Assembly: GCA_050117845.1 (NCBI GenBank)
Contig: JASFLY010000004.1
Location: 1-64,000, forward strand
Source of the DNA: Candidatus Zixiibacteriota bacterium
GTDB lineage: Bacteria > RBG-13-66-14 > B26-G2 > WVWN01
Direction of reading: 5' to 3'
Length of the DNA: 64,000 nt
Shown: piece by piece, positions 28,767 to 39,370 of the stretch
Layout: each line of letters starts with the position of its first letter
Numbering within the stretch: the stretch's first letter is position 1
Notes under the pieces: generated by a model
The model's input: the letters and a program-made list of their open reading frames with translations, nothing else
What the model was told of the DNA's origin: nothing
Databases searched by the model: none
Position numbers and translations under genes: made by a program

Positions 28767-29798
28767 ATGCGACGCAACTGGAAGAAATATATAAAATACG
28801 CCGTGCCGGCCGCGATGATACTATTATCGTTCGCGGTTAAGGGCGTTATAGGCTGGCTTTTGTTCTGGGGCGGCCTGGCCGCGCTCGGCGGCCAGCTCGC
28901 CAATTTCCTCGCCGCCCGTTTCTTCCCCCGTCGGGTTCGCGAGGGCGTCATCAACGTCATTATCACGGCCGCCGGGTATTCCACCATCGTCATCATCGCC
29001 TTCATTTTCCTTTTTATTTTCAAGGAAGGGTTCTCGGCGTTCCGCGAAGTCCCCTTCGGCGATTTCTTCAAGACTATCTGGCAGCCGGCCTCCGAGGTTC
29101 CCAAGTACGGCATAATCCCCCTGGCGACCGGCACCGCGATGGTCACGCTGATATCGATGATTATCGCGATTCCGCTGGGCCTGGGGACCGCCATCTATCT
29201 CTCCGAAATAGCCGGGGCCCGCGAGCGCGAGATAGTAAAGCCGGTGGTGGAGCTTCTGTCCGCCATCCCGTCGGTCGTTTACGGCCTGCTCGGCATGGTC
29301 GTTCTGGGGGACGTCATTCCCGCCATAACCGGGACGCCCTTCCGCCTCAACGCCGTCAACGGCGGCCTGGTCCTGGCCGTGATGCTGACGCCGATGCTCG
29401 CGTCGTTGGCCGAGGACGCGCTCTACAGCGTGCCGCGCTCGTACCGCGTGGGGTCCTTCGCGATGGGGGCGACGCGCTGGGAGGTCATCCGCCGCACCGT
29501 CGTGCCGGCGGCCTCCTCCGGCGTGACGGCCGCCGTCCTCCTGTCGGTCGCGCGGACGCTGGGCGAGACCATGGCGGTCCTGCTCGCCACCGGCAACATG
29601 GCCGCCTTCACGGTGAACCCGCTGTCGTCGGTCCGCACGATGACGGCCACCATCGCCATCGAGATGGGGGACGCCGTCTTCGGCGGCGAGCACTACCACG
29701 TGCTCTTCGCGTTGGGCGTCGTCCTGTTCTCCATAACGTTCGTCGTCAACCTGGCGTCGCAGATAATCATGGACCGCTACGCCCGGAAGTTCAGGTGA
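28767..29798 (+). CDS. pstC: Phosphate ABC transporter permease PstC
   Basis: IPSVVYG, RTLGETMAV, VRTMTATIA. Confidence 0.93.
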   Translation: MRRNWKKYIKYAVPAAMILLSFAVKGVIGWLLFWGGLAALGGQLANFLAARFFPRRVREGVINVIITAAGYSTIVIIAFIFLFIFKEGFSAFREVPFGDFFKTIWQPASEVPKYGIIPLATGTAMVTLISMIIAIPLGLGTAIYLSEIAGAREREIVKPVVELLSAIPSVVYGLLGMVVLGDVIPAITGTPFRLNAVNGGLVLAVMLTPMLASLAEDALYSVPRSYRVGSFAMGATRWEVIRRTVVPAASSGVTAAVLLSVARTLGETMAVLLATGNMAAFTVNPLSSVRTMTATIAIEMGDAVFGGEHYHVLFALGVVLFSITFVVNLASQIIMDRYARKFR

Positions 29799-29805
29799 GG
29801 GTATT

Positions 29806-30699
29806 ATGGCCGAGCTTATGAGCATCAGCATTCAGAAGGGCCTGACGCCCGGCCGCCGCATCGCGAACGCCGTAATGAAGCAGACGTTCCGCGTCCTCAC
29901 CTATCTGGTGGTCGCGACCTTCCTCGCCATCGTCGCCTATATTTTCGTGCGGGCGCTGCCGGTGCTCAAGCTCACGTTCCTGACCCAACCTCCCCGCCAC
30001 GGCATGCTCGAGGGCGGCGTATCCACCTGCATCTACGGGACCATCGCCCTCCTGATGCTGACGGCGACCTTCGCGGTGCCGCTGGGCGTGGCCGCGGCGG
30101 TTTACCTCAACGAGTTCATCGGGTGGGGGAAGCGGGCGCGCGTCGTCCGCGCCGCCGTCAACAACCTCGCCGGCGTCCCCTCCATCGTCTTCGGCCTCTT
30201 CGGCCTGGGCTTCTTCGTAGTCTTCCTTAAAATCGGCGCCTCGCTTCTGGCCTCGTCGCTGACGCTCGCCATCGTCGTCCTGCCCATCGTCATCGTCTCG
30301 ACGGAGGAGGCGCTCAAGGCCGTGCCGCGCGAGTACCGGCTGGGCTCGGCCGCCCTGGGGGCGACGCGGTGGCAGACCATCTCCCGGGTGACGCTGCCGC
30401 AGGCCATACCCGGGATAATCACGGGGACCATTCTCTCCATAGGCCGGGTGGCGGGGGAGACGGCGCCCATACTCTTCACCGGCGCGGCCTTCTACCTCCC
30501 GCACCTCCCGGACCACCCCCGCCAGCAGTTCATGGAACTCTCGTACCACATCTTCGCGATGGCGACGCAGGCCTCCGACATAACGAAGTCCATGCCCGTG
30601 GCCTTCGGGACGACTTTCGTCCTCATAGCCCTCGTCTTCGCGTTCAACCTGATAGGAATACTTTACCGGGCCAAGCTCAGGAGACGGAAGGCATGGTAA
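29806..30699 (+). CDS. pstA: Phosphate ABC transporter permease PstA
   Basis: [31 protein letters not shown]. Confidence 0.93.
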   Translation: MAELMSISIQKGLTPGRRIANAVMKQTFRVLTYLVVATFLAIVAYIFVRALPVLKLTFLTQPPRHGMLEGGVSTCIYGTIALLMLTATFAVPLGVAAAVYLNEFIGWGKRARVVRAAVNNLAGVPSIVFGLFGLGFFVVFLKIGASLLASSLTLAIVVLPIVIVSTEEALKAVPREYRLGSAALGATRWQTISRVTLPQAIPGIITGTILSIGRVAGETAPILFTGAAFYLPHLPDHPRQQFMELSYHIFAMATQASDITKSMPVAFGTTFVLIALVFAFNLIGILYRAKLRRRKAW

Positions 30700-31451
30700 C
30701 GCCCATAGTCAAGTACGAACGCTTCTCGTTCTGGTACGGCGATTTCCAGGCGCTGTTCGACGTCGACCTCGACGTGGAGCCGCGTTCGGTTACGGCCATC
30801 ATCGGCCCCTCCGGCTGCGGGAAGTCGACGCTTATAAAGTCCGTGAACCGCATATCGGAGATGGAGGCCAACGTCAACGTCGTGGGCAAGATCCTCCTCG
30901 AGAACGAGGATATCTACGCCCCCGGCGTCGACCTGGTGTCGCTGCGGCGCCGCGTCGGCATGGTCTTCCAGAAGCCCAATCCCTTCCCGATGTCGGTGTT
31001 CGACAACATCACCTACGGCCCCCGGCTCTTCGGCGTGACCAAGCGGCCCGAGCTCGAGCAGATAGTCGAGGAGTCGCTCAAGCGCGCGGCCCTCTGGCCC
31101 GAGGTCCGCGACCGCCTCAAGTCCTCCGCCCTGCGGCTCTCGGGCGGCCAGCAGCAGCGGCTCTGCATCGCCCGCTGCCTCGCGGTCCAGCCCGAGGTCA
31201 TCCTGATGGACGAGCCCGCGGCCTCCCTCGACCCCACGTCCACCCAGAAGGTGGAAGACCTGATTATTGAACTCAAGGAAAATTATACTATAATAATAGT
31301 GACCCACAACATGCAGCAGGCCGCCCGGATTTCGAAACGGACGGCGTTCATGATGAACGGCCGGCTGGTGGAGGAGAACGACACCGAAAAGATGTTCACC
31401 CGGCCCGACAATAAATTGACCGAGGACTACATCACCGGCCGCTTCGGTTAG
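30693..31451 (+). CDS. pstB: Phosphate ABC transporter ATPase PstB
   Basis: [43 protein letters not shown] at 30693. Confidence 0.95.
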   Translation: MVTPIVKYERFSFWYGDFQALFDVDLDVEPRSVTAIIGPSGCGKSTLIKSVNRISEMEANVNVVGKILLENEDIYAPGVDLVSLRRRVGMVFQKPNPFPMSVFDNITYGPRLFGVTKRPELEQIVEESLKRAALWPEVRDRLKSSALRLSGGQQQRLCIARCLAVQPEVILMDEPAASLDPTSTQKVEDLIIELKENYTIIIVTHNMQQAARISKRTAFMMNGRLVEENDTEKMFTRPDNKLTEDYITGRFG

Positions 31452-31492
31452 GCCGAAGGCCGGCGCGACTACCATCGAACGAAGGTGACGCC

Positions 31493-32203
31493 ATGGCGCC
31501 CGAAAAACATTTCCACGAGGAACTGGCCGAAGTCAACGATATGCTTCTCGCGATGAGCTCCCTCGTGCTCGAGATCTTCGACGACGCGGTGGAGAGCGTG
31601 CTGACGGGCGACGTCGAGCAGGCGAAACGGATCATCGCCGAGCGGGGCCGCGTCGACAGCCTCGAGGTGGCCATCGAGGAACGCTGCCTCGCGCTCATCG
31701 CGCTGCACCAGCCGGTGGCCATCGACCTCCGCATGATAATCACGGCCGTCAACATCATCCGCGACCTCGAGCGCGTCGACGACATCGCCATCGACATTTC
31801 CTACGACGCGCTGGCCCTGCACGAACTCGAACACAAACCGGGGACGCTGTTCGACATCCCCGGACTGGCGCGCGTCTCTGCCTCCATGGTCCACGACGCC
31901 GTCCGGGCCTTCGTCAACCGCGACCCGGCATGGGCCCGGCGCGTATGCGAACGGGACGACGAGGCCGACGACCTCGACCGCAAGATCAACAAGGACATCA
32001 TCGCGCACGCCGAGAAGAACCCGAAGCAGGTCGCGGCCTGCGTCCACCTCCTCACCATTTCCCGCGCCCTCGAACGTATCGGCGACCACTCGACCAATAT
32101 CGGCGAGATGGTGGTCTACCTCATGACCGCGAAGATAATAAAGCACCATCACGACGTCGACACTTCGGACGAAACCGAGGCCGAGGCGGCTGGCGACGCG
32201 TAA
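31493..32203 (+). CDS. phoU: Phosphate signalling protein PhoU
   Basis: QPVAIDLR, DLERVDD, LERIGDHSTNIGE. Confidence 0.93.
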   Translation: MAPEKHFHEELAEVNDMLLAMSSLVLEIFDDAVESVLTGDVEQAKRIIAERGRVDSLEVAIEERCLALIALHQPVAIDLRMIITAVNIIRDLERVDDIAIDISYDALALHELEHKPGTLFDIPGLARVSASMVHDAVRAFVNRDPAWARRVCERDDEADDLDRKINKDIIAHAEKNPKQVAACVHLLTISRALERIGDHSTNIGEMVVYLMTAKIIKHHHDVDTSDETEAEAAGDA

Positions 32204-32407
32204 ACTCGCGGCGTGACCCGGCCGCCGAGGCCGGACTTCCTCTATACGCCAAAAATACCGGCCGAAATTACATCCGCGTCATTATGGCGCATACTATTCC
32301 CGCCGCCCGAAACCCGGGCGGCGGAATTCACTTCGAAACTTCTTCGATAATCCCCTTTTTTTAACCCTTTTCGCCTCCGAAAGGCTCTAATTAAATACTT
32401 TATCAGG

Positions 32408-32423
32408 TGGCACATAATTTGCT
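32408..32423 (+). promoter_or_regulatory. Sigma54 (-24/-12) promoter
   Basis: TGGCAC-ATAAT-TTGCT matches TGGCAC-N5-TTGCW in an AT-rich intergenic region about 40 nt before the ORF. Confidence 0.75.
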
Positions 32424-32462
32424 ACTATTTATATTAGATATTCCTCATTCGAGGCGACGATT

Positions 32463-33365
32463 ATGATTAAACCGGTAGCACTGGTAGTAGACGACGACCG
32501 CGACGTACGGTACTCGCTGTGCGATTTCCTGGAGCGCGCGGAGCTAAAGGCCGAGGAGGCCGAGGACGGCGTCAAGGGCCTGGACCTCGTGAAGGGGGCC
32601 GACCCCGACATCGCCTTCCTCGACTTGCAACTGCCGCTGCTCGACGGCCTGTCGCTACTTAAGATCGCCCGGGAACTGCGGCCCTCGCTGGCCGTGGTCA
32701 TGATGAGCGGCCTGCCGTCGTCGGGGGATATCGTAACTGCGATGGAACACGGCGCCCGGGCGTTTTTGCGCAAGCCCTGGAATTTGGGACTGCTCGAGAA
32801 AATAGTACAGGAAATTCTGGGCAAGGATTTGCCCGAGAAATACCGCGGCCTCAGGGTCTCGACCAGGATTGAGGACGAGGACCCGGGGGAAGGCCGTGGG
32901 GAGAAAGGAGCGGAAAATAATATGGCTATCGTACGTTGGAGCCCGTTCCGGGATCTGATGGGGATTCAGCAGGAAGTCAACCGCCTCTTCGACGATCTGA
33001 TGACGCGGCGGGCCGAGGCGAGCGGCGAGGGGGCCGTTTGGGTGCCGGCCGTCGACGTCTCCGAGACCGCGGACGAAATCAGGGTCAAGGTCGAAGCGCC
33101 CGGGGTCGACAAGAACGACATCGCCATAGCGGTCCAAAACAACGTTCTGACCATTCGCGGCGAGAAGAAGATGGAGAAGGAAACCACGGAAGAAAATTTC
33201 CACCGCGTAGAGCGCGTTTATGGTAGTTTTTACAGGGCGCTCGAGCTTCCCGCGGTGGTCGTGGCCGAAAAGGTCAAAGCCAGCTACAAGGAGGGCGTCC
33301 TCACCATAATCCTTCCGAAGAGCGAGGAGGTCAAGCCCAAAGAGATTCCCATAGACGTGGAGTAG
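32463..33365 (+). CDS. Response-regulator receiver domain in frame with an Hsp20 domain
   Basis: VVDDD, FLDLQLP..DG, MMSG, LRKPW; no stop codon before Hsp20. Confidence 0.7.
   Translation: MIKPVALVVDDDRDVRYSLCDFLERAELKAEEAEDGVKGLDLVKGADPDIAFLDLQLPLLDGLSLLKIARELRPSLAVVMMSGLPSSGDIVTAMEHGARAFLRKPWNLGLLEKIVQEILGKDLPEKYRGLRVSTRIEDEDPGEGRGEKGAENNMAIVRWSPFRDLMGIQQEVNRLFDDLMTRRAEASGEGAVWVPAVDVSETADEIRVKVEAPGVDKNDIAIAVQNNVLTIRGEKKMEKETTEENFHRVERVYGSFYRALELPAVVVAEKVKASYKEGVLTIILPKSEEVKPKEIPIDVE
32922..33365 (+). CDS. Small heat-shock protein Hsp20 (internal start)
   Basis: Own RBS aaaggag; MAIVRWSPFRDL, PAVDV.E, ERVYGSF, ASYKEGVL. Confidence 0.85.
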   Translation: MAIVRWSPFRDLMGIQQEVNRLFDDLMTRRAEASGEGAVWVPAVDVSETADEIRVKVEAPGVDKNDIAIAVQNNVLTIRGEKKMEKETTEENFHRVERVYGSFYRALELPAVVVAEKVKASYKEGVLTIILPKSEEVKPKEIPIDVE

Positions 33366-33522
33366 AAGCCGGGCGATTTCGGCTTCCGGCCGGCCGGCAC
33401 TCGGGGGTGCGCGACGGCCGGGCGCGCCCGGATAGATTAGCGGTTCGGTATGGATTACTAAATGCTTTACCCTTATAATCTTGGTTTCCGTACTACAACT
33501 TTTCTAGTAAAGGAGATTTATT

Positions 33523-34722
33523 GTGAACGAGATCAACGATGAAGGAATCGGGATTTTTATCGATTACGAGTACGTTTTTATCACTCTCGAACGTTTATAT
33601 GGGGTGCCGATGGATTTGGAAGTCGTAATCGAGGGAATCCACAAAAAAACCCAACCGTTCGGGAAAATAATCCTGGAGAGGGCTTACGCCCCGTGGAGTA
33701 ACTTCGTAGAGGGGCTGGCTCAACTGAGCAAATGGCGGGTGGAAACCGTTAACATCAGTTCCAAACAAGTTGATAAAACCGACGTGAAAACGGGTCAACG
33801 CTGCGCGGTCCTCCAGAACAACGCCGACATCTATATCGCGTGGGACGTGGCCCAGCTTATTTATACCAACCAGAACATTCAGAAGTACGCCCTGATAACG
33901 GGCGACGGGGACTTCACCGAAATAGTAAAACGCGCCCAGCAAAACGGCAAACGCGTGATAGTGATGGGCTTCGAACGCAACACATCGGATTTCCTGCGGA
34001 CCCAGGCCGACCAGTTCGTATCGCTGGACGATCTCGCCCAGGCCAACGAGTCGGCCATCGCCGAGCGCATTATCGATTTGGGCCTGGATATGGAACAGCG
34101 GCTCGACTACGTGGGGTATAAGCTTCTCATAGATATCCTCGGCCGCGAGAACCCCCAGGTCAATTTCCGGGAACTCGTCCATCGCGTCATCACCGAGGGC
34201 GTATTCCTTACCGAGCGCCGGCCCGACCCCGCGTCCATCAAGGGCGAGGTCTTCGTAATCATCCCGAACCGCGAGCACCCGCTGGTGCGCGAACGGCTGA
34301 AGGCCCGGGGCATCGACCCCGACGCCGCCCCGGCCCCGCGGCCGGCGGCGGCAGCTGCGGCCGCCCCGCCCCCGGTGGACCCGTTGCTCGATTCCCCGCC
34401 GATGGAGGACCACAGCGACGCGAACTTCGTGGCCGGCGTGGAGGCGTTCGAGAAAAAGAAGTTCGAGGAAGCGGCCGAACGCTTCAATAAATACCTCGAC
34501 GTCTACTCGCGGGATTTCTCGGCTTACGTCATGGCCATCAAGGCCCTCATCGAACTGAACCAGCCGGCCGAACTGCGGAACATGTGCATCCGGGCGCGCG
34601 CCCTGGAGAACTACGACTCGCTGAGTCAGCGTTTCCCGGAGTGGGCCCGTTTCATCGACAACAAGGTGGCCGGCAACGAACCCGTGCTGGACCTCGACGA
34701 ATCACCGGTGCCGACGGACTAG
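33523..34722 (+). CDS. NYN (LabA/DUF88, PIN-like) domain protein with C-terminal TPR-like region
   Basis: IFIDYE, ADIYIAWD, LITGDGDF, GKRVIVMG, ADQFVSL; Pro/Ala linker; helical repeat tail. Confidence 0.8.
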   Translation: MNEINDEGIGIFIDYEYVFITLERLYGVPMDLEVVIEGIHKKTQPFGKIILERAYAPWSNFVEGLAQLSKWRVETVNISSKQVDKTDVKTGQRCAVLQNNADIYIAWDVAQLIYTNQNIQKYALITGDGDFTEIVKRAQQNGKRVIVMGFERNTSDFLRTQADQFVSLDDLAQANESAIAERIIDLGLDMEQRLDYVGYKLLIDILGRENPQVNFRELVHRVITEGVFLTERRPDPASIKGEVFVIIPNREHPLVRERLKARGIDPDAAPAPRPAAAAAAAPPPVDPLLDSPPMEDHSDANFVAGVEAFEKKKFEEAAERFNKYLDVYSRDFSAYVMAIKALIELNQPAELRNMCIRARALENYDSLSQRFPEWARFIDNKVAGNEPVLDLDESPVPTD

Positions 34723-34786
34723 CTTCCGGGACCCGCGTTCCGGGGGAGCGTAGCGCAATTCTTTTACCCTGTATCGAGGTGAAAAT

Positions 34787-36733
34787 ATGGCTAAAATAAT
34801 CGGTATCGACCTGGGGACCACCAACTCGTGCGTCGCCGTCATGGAAGGCAACGAGCCCGTCGTCATCCCCAACTCCGAGGGCTTCCGCACTACGCCTTCG
34901 GTGGTGGCTTTCCTCAAGGACGGGAAACGGGCCGTCGGCGGCGTCGCCAAACGCCAGGCCATAGCCAACCCGGAGAATACCGTTTATTCGATAAAACGTT
35001 TCATGGGACGACGGTACGCCGAAGTCCAGGAAGAGATAAAGACCATATCGTACAACATCGTCGAGGCGGCCAACGGCGACTGCCGCGTCCAAATCGGCGA
35101 CAAGCAATATTCCCCGCCCGAAATAAGCGCCATGATCCTGCAGAAGATGCGGGAGACGGCGGAGGATTATCTGGGCGAACGGGTCACCAAGGCCGTGGTT
35201 ACGGTCCCGGCCTACTTCAACGATTCCCAGCGCCAGGCCACCAAGGACGCCGGTAAAATCGCCGGCCTCGAGGTGGAGCGCATCATCAACGAACCCACCG
35301 CCTCGGCGCTGGCCTACGGCCTCGACAAGAAGGTCAACGAGAAGGTCGCGGTCTTCGACCTCGGCGGCGGCACCTTCGACATCTCCATCCTCGAGATAGG
35401 CGAGGAGGGCGTCTTCCAGGTCCTCGCGACCAACGGCGACACCCACCTCGGCGGCGACGACTTCGACGAGCGCATCATCAACTGGCTCGCCGACGAGTTC
35501 AAGAACGACACCGGCATCGACCTCCGCTCCGACAAGATGGCGCTCCAGCGCCTCAAGGAAGCGGGCGAGAAGGCCAAGTGCGAACTCTCCACGCTGACCG
35601 AGACGCCCATCAGCCTTATGTACGTCACGGCCGACGCCTCCGGCCCCAAGCACCTGGAAAAAACGCTGACGCGGGCCAAATTGGAAGAACTCGTGGGCGA
35701 CCTGGTCGAGCGGACCGTCTCGCCCTGCCAGAAGGCGCTCCAGGATGCGGGCCTCACCGCGGCGGAAATCGACGAGGTTATCCTCGTCGGCGGCCAGACG
35801 CGCATGCCCGCGGTTCAGAACAAGGTCAAGCAGTTGTTCGGCAAGGAACCCAACAAATCGGTCAACCCGGACGAGGTCGTGGCCGTCGGCGCTTCCATCC
35901 AGGGCGCCATCATCGGCGGCGACGTCACCGACATTCTGCTCCTCGACGTCACGCCGCTGTCGCTCGGCATCGAGACGCTGGGCGGTGTTTCCACCCGCCT
36001 CATAGAGCGCAACACCACCATCCCCACCCGCAAGAGCCAGATCTTCACGACCGCCGACAACAACCAGACGACGGTCGAAATCCACGTCCTGCAGGGCGAG
36101 CGGGAGATGGCGGCGTACAACCGGACCATCGGGCGCTTCCACCTGGAGGGCATACCGCCGGCGCCGCGGGGCGTGCCGCAAATCGAGGTCACCTTCGACA
36201 TCGACGCTAACGGCATCCTAAACGTGTCGGCCAAGGACATGGCCACCGGCAAGGAGCAGCGCATTACCATCACCGCCTCCAGCGGCCTCTCCGACAGCGA
36301 GATTGACAATATGGTCAAGGAGGCCAAGGACCACGCCGACGAGGACAAGCAGATGCGCGAGGAGGCCGACATCAAGAACCGGGCCGAGTCCGCCATCCAC
36401 CAGTCCGAGAAACTCATGAAGGACCTCGGCGACAAGGCCACGCCCGAGGAAAAGAACAAGATAGACGCGGCCATCCAACGGCTCAAGGAAGTTCGGGAGA
36501 AGGGCGATATAAACGAAATTCGCTCGGCGACCGAGGGCCTCGAGGTGGCGCTTAACGAAATGTCGACACGCCTCTACCAGCAGGCGGGTGCGGGAGCGCA
36601 GCCGCCGCCGGGAGGCGCCGGGGCCCCGCCGCCCCCTGGTGGGGGGCCGGAGGGCCCGGGTCCGTCCGCCGACGGCGACGTCGTGGACGCTGACTACGAA
36701 ATAGTTGAGGACGAGGGGGAAAGCCAGACGTAG
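34787..36733 (+). CDS. dnaK: Chaperone DnaK
   Basis: [49 protein letters not shown]. Confidence 0.97.
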   Translation: MAKIIGIDLGTTNSCVAVMEGNEPVVIPNSEGFRTTPSVVAFLKDGKRAVGGVAKRQAIANPENTVYSIKRFMGRRYAEVQEEIKTISYNIVEAANGDCRVQIGDKQYSPPEISAMILQKMRETAEDYLGERVTKAVVTVPAYFNDSQRQATKDAGKIAGLEVERIINEPTASALAYGLDKKVNEKVAVFDLGGGTFDISILEIGEEGVFQVLATNGDTHLGGDDFDERIINWLADEFKNDTGIDLRSDKMALQRLKEAGEKAKCELSTLTETPISLMYVTADASGPKHLEKTLTRAKLEELVGDLVERTVSPCQKALQDAGLTAAEIDEVILVGGQTRMPAVQNKVKQLFGKEPNKSVNPDEVVAVGASIQGAIIGGDVTDILLLDVTPLSLGIETLGGVSTRLIERNTTIPTRKSQIFTTADNNQTTVEIHVLQGEREMAAYNRTIGRFHLEGIPPAPRGVPQIEVTFDIDANGILNVSAKDMATGKEQRITITASSGLSDSEIDNMVKEAKDHADEDKQMREEADIKNRAESAIHQSEKLMKDLGDKATPEEKNKIDAAIQRLKEVREKGDINEIRSATEGLEVALNEMSTRLYQQAGAGAQPPPGGAGAPPPPGGGPEGPGPSADGDVVDADYEIVEDEGESQT

Positions 36734-36867
36734 ACGACGCGGCTTGTTCGTCTCTCGACCTCAGTAATACCGTCGGCTCGGCTCGCGGAGAAATCCCTTG
36801 CTCGGGCCGGCGTTTTATTAGGTTGACTCGGGCCCCCTAAAGTTGTTTAATTAGGGGAAAGGTAGGC

Positions 36868-39354
36868 ATGATTATGAGACGCATTCTACTCGTACTCGCC
36901 GTCGCGGGGAGCATAGCGGCGGCGACGCCGGTTTCGGCCGCCGATACGGCCGTCGTAATATCCGACAAGCAGGTACGGCCCGCCGACGCGGCCGGCCTGG
37001 AATACCTCGGCTCCTGTTCCGCCGGTTACCTGTATCGCGGCCCGGAGGCCGCGCTGACCCGCGTGGCCCCCTATCGCCGCCTGGGCGCCGGTGCCGCCGG
37101 CCGGGAATACTATTTAATAGAGACGTACCCGGGCGAAGGTCCCGGGGAGGCCGCGTTCGCCTCCCTCGGCACGGCCGTCCGGCTCTCCGATAACGAAATC
37201 CTGGTGGCCCTCGACGCCGACCGGCCTTTCGGCGAACTGCGGGCGCTCTCTCCCGCGTTCGAGGTGGTCCGGCTGGCGCCGCTGCCGGCCCCCCGGCCTC
37301 CCGTCGACGCCGAGACGCCGCCCTCACGCAAAAACGACCGCCTCGCCGCGGGGCTGGAGGCCGTTACGGCCGACTCCTATCGGGGATACGTCCAGGCCCT
37401 CCAGAATTTCAAAACGCGCTACACCGATACCCCCGGCTACGACGACGCCCGGTGGTACGTCCACAATTACTTCGGCCTCCAGAACCTGACGCCGTCGTTC
37501 TTCGCCTTCGACTTCGGAACGCCGCGACGGGCCCATTACCCCGGGCCGCCGGAATGCATTATGCTCGACTCCTCGTACGGCACGATTAAGCGCAGCTCCG
37601 ACGGCGGCCGGACCTGGGAAACGCGGGCGCCGACGGGCGTCGACGATATCGCGTGTTCCTTCTGGCTCGACGGCGACAACGCGTACGTCGGCGGCTACAA
37701 CAACGTCTTCGCTCACTCGCACGACGGCGGCCGGACCTGGACCGAAGGGACCATCGGCCCCGCGGGTAACGTCGAATACCGGCCCAACCTTGTAGCGTTC
37801 GGGTCGGAGGACGTCGGCTGGATGGCGGGTCAGACCTTCGAGAACGAGGTCGAGACCGGGAACTTCTTCTTCAAAACCGAAAACGGCGGCCGGACGTGGA
37901 GCGAGCAGGCCGCCCCCGCGGGCTTCACGCCGCAATGGTTGGACGCCCCGGACGAGGGGCATGTCTGGGCCGGCGGGGCGGGCGGCGTACTGTATTCCGA
38001 CGACGGCGGGACGAGTTGGCGCGAGTGCAATACCGGCTTCACGGTGTGGGACTTCTCCGCCGCCGGGGCCGCCTCGGCCTGGGCCACCGATACCGCCGGC
38101 CGCGTCTACAAGACGTCGAACGGCGTCAGTTGGGCACGCGTCAATCCGGGGATAGCCGGCGAATTCTATTACGTTTCGTTCCCCGATGCCGGCGTCGGCT
38201 TCGTCCTGGGCGACCATCTTATTAGCACCGTGGACGGCGGCTCGAGCTGGCGGGACCTGGGGCCGCCGCCGGCGTGGCCGTGCAACGTCTTCGCCTTCGC
38301 GGACGAGGACAACGGCCTCGTCGGCTATAGCTTCGACGGCGAGGTCTACCTGACGACGGACGGCGGCCAGACCTTCGCCGAGATCTCCGGGGATGCCGGG
38401 TTCTCGGCCGAGAACGTAATCGGCGAGCGGCGGGGCGTCGAGGCCCCGGACGAAGTGGTGCTCATCGGCGGCCACTTCGACTCCATCTCGGAGCTGCCGC
38501 TCTGCGACGCCCCCGGCGCGGAGGACAACGCCTCGGGCGCGGCGTGCGCGTTGGCGGCCGCCGCGGCCTTCCGCAATCTCTCGTTCAAAAGGACGGTCCG
38601 CTGCGTCGTCTTCGGCGGCGAGGAGGAGGGCCTCTTCGGCAGCACCGCCTACGCCGCGGAGTGCGCCGCCCGGGGCGAGACGGTCGTGGCTTTCCTCAAC
38701 GCCGACATGGTCGCCTTCGACGAGGAGTACGGCCTGCGCGACGACTACGGCATCGCGTACGGCGACTACGAGTGGCTCTACGACTACTTCCAGGCCGTGG
38801 CCTCGCTCTACGGGAACGACCTCTATTACAGCCAGTACGAGTACCGCGCCAGCGACCACAAGCCCTTCTGGGATTTGGGCTACCCGGCCCTGGCGGCGAT
38901 ACACGGCCGGGCCGAGTTCTCCGGGAGCCCCGGATACATCTGGTATCACAGCACGGAGGACACCATAGATAAGATAACGCCCGAGCTGGCGTGCCGCTTC
39001 GCGCGCGACTACGCGGCGACGGTGGCGCACCTCGCGGGCATCGCCGGCGAGTACCCCGATCCCCCGGGGCCGGGGACGGCGACGGAACCCTTCTCCCGGG
39101 CGTTCGCCGTATACCCCAACCCCTACCGCTATTCCGCCGCGGCCGGCGGGGCCGTGACCTTCGTGGGCCTGGAGACGCCGGCGAAGGTGGAGGTCTACGA
39201 CCTGGCGGGCCGCCGGGCGGCCGGATGGGACGTCCCGGCGGGGACGGACGAGTTCTCGTGGCGGCCGGAGGATACCATCGCGTCGGGCGTATATATCTAC
39301 CGCGTCGAGGGACAGGGCCAAACCGAAACGGGAAAGATCGCCATAATTCGGTGA
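36868..39354 (+). CDS. M28 metallopeptidase A: pro-region, split M28 with BNR/Ycf48-like propeller insert, T9SS/FlgD-like tail
   Basis: GGHFDS, GAEDNASG, GEEEG, NADM, SDH, YHSTED; SxDGGxTW repeats; VYPNP..VYDLAGR..GVYIYRV. Confidence 0.85.
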   Translation: MIMRRILLVLAVAGSIAAATPVSAADTAVVISDKQVRPADAAGLEYLGSCSAGYLYRGPEAALTRVAPYRRLGAGAAGREYYLIETYPGEGPGEAAFASLGTAVRLSDNEILVALDADRPFGELRALSPAFEVVRLAPLPAPRPPVDAETPPSRKNDRLAAGLEAVTADSYRGYVQALQNFKTRYTDTPGYDDARWYVHNYFGLQNLTPSFFAFDFGTPRRAHYPGPPECIMLDSSYGTIKRSSDGGRTWETRAPTGVDDIACSFWLDGDNAYVGGYNNVFAHSHDGGRTWTEGTIGPAGNVEYRPNLVAFGSEDVGWMAGQTFENEVETGNFFFKTENGGRTWSEQAAPAGFTPQWLDAPDEGHVWAGGAGGVLYSDDGGTSWRECNTGFTVWDFSAAGAASAWATDTAGRVYKTSNGVSWARVNPGIAGEFYYVSFPDAGVGFVLGDHLISTVDGGSSWRDLGPPPAWPCNVFAFADEDNGLVGYSFDGEVYLTTDGGQTFAEISGDAGFSAENVIGERRGVEAPDEVVLIGGHFDSISELPLCDAPGAEDNASGAACALAAAAAFRNLSFKRTVRCVVFGGEEEGLFGSTAYAAECAARGETVVAFLNADMVAFDEEYGLRDDYGIAYGDYEWLYDYFQAVASLYGNDLYYSQYEYRASDHKPFWDLGYPALAAIHGRAEFSGSPGYIWYHSTEDTIDKITPELACRFARDYAATVAHLAGIAGEYPDPPGPGTATEPFSRAFAVYPNPYRYSAAAGGAVTFVGLETPAKVEVYDLAGRRAAGWDVPAGTDEFSWRPEDTIASGVYIYRVEGQGQTETGKIAIIR

Positions 39355-39370
39355 TCCGGGAGGTATCGTT

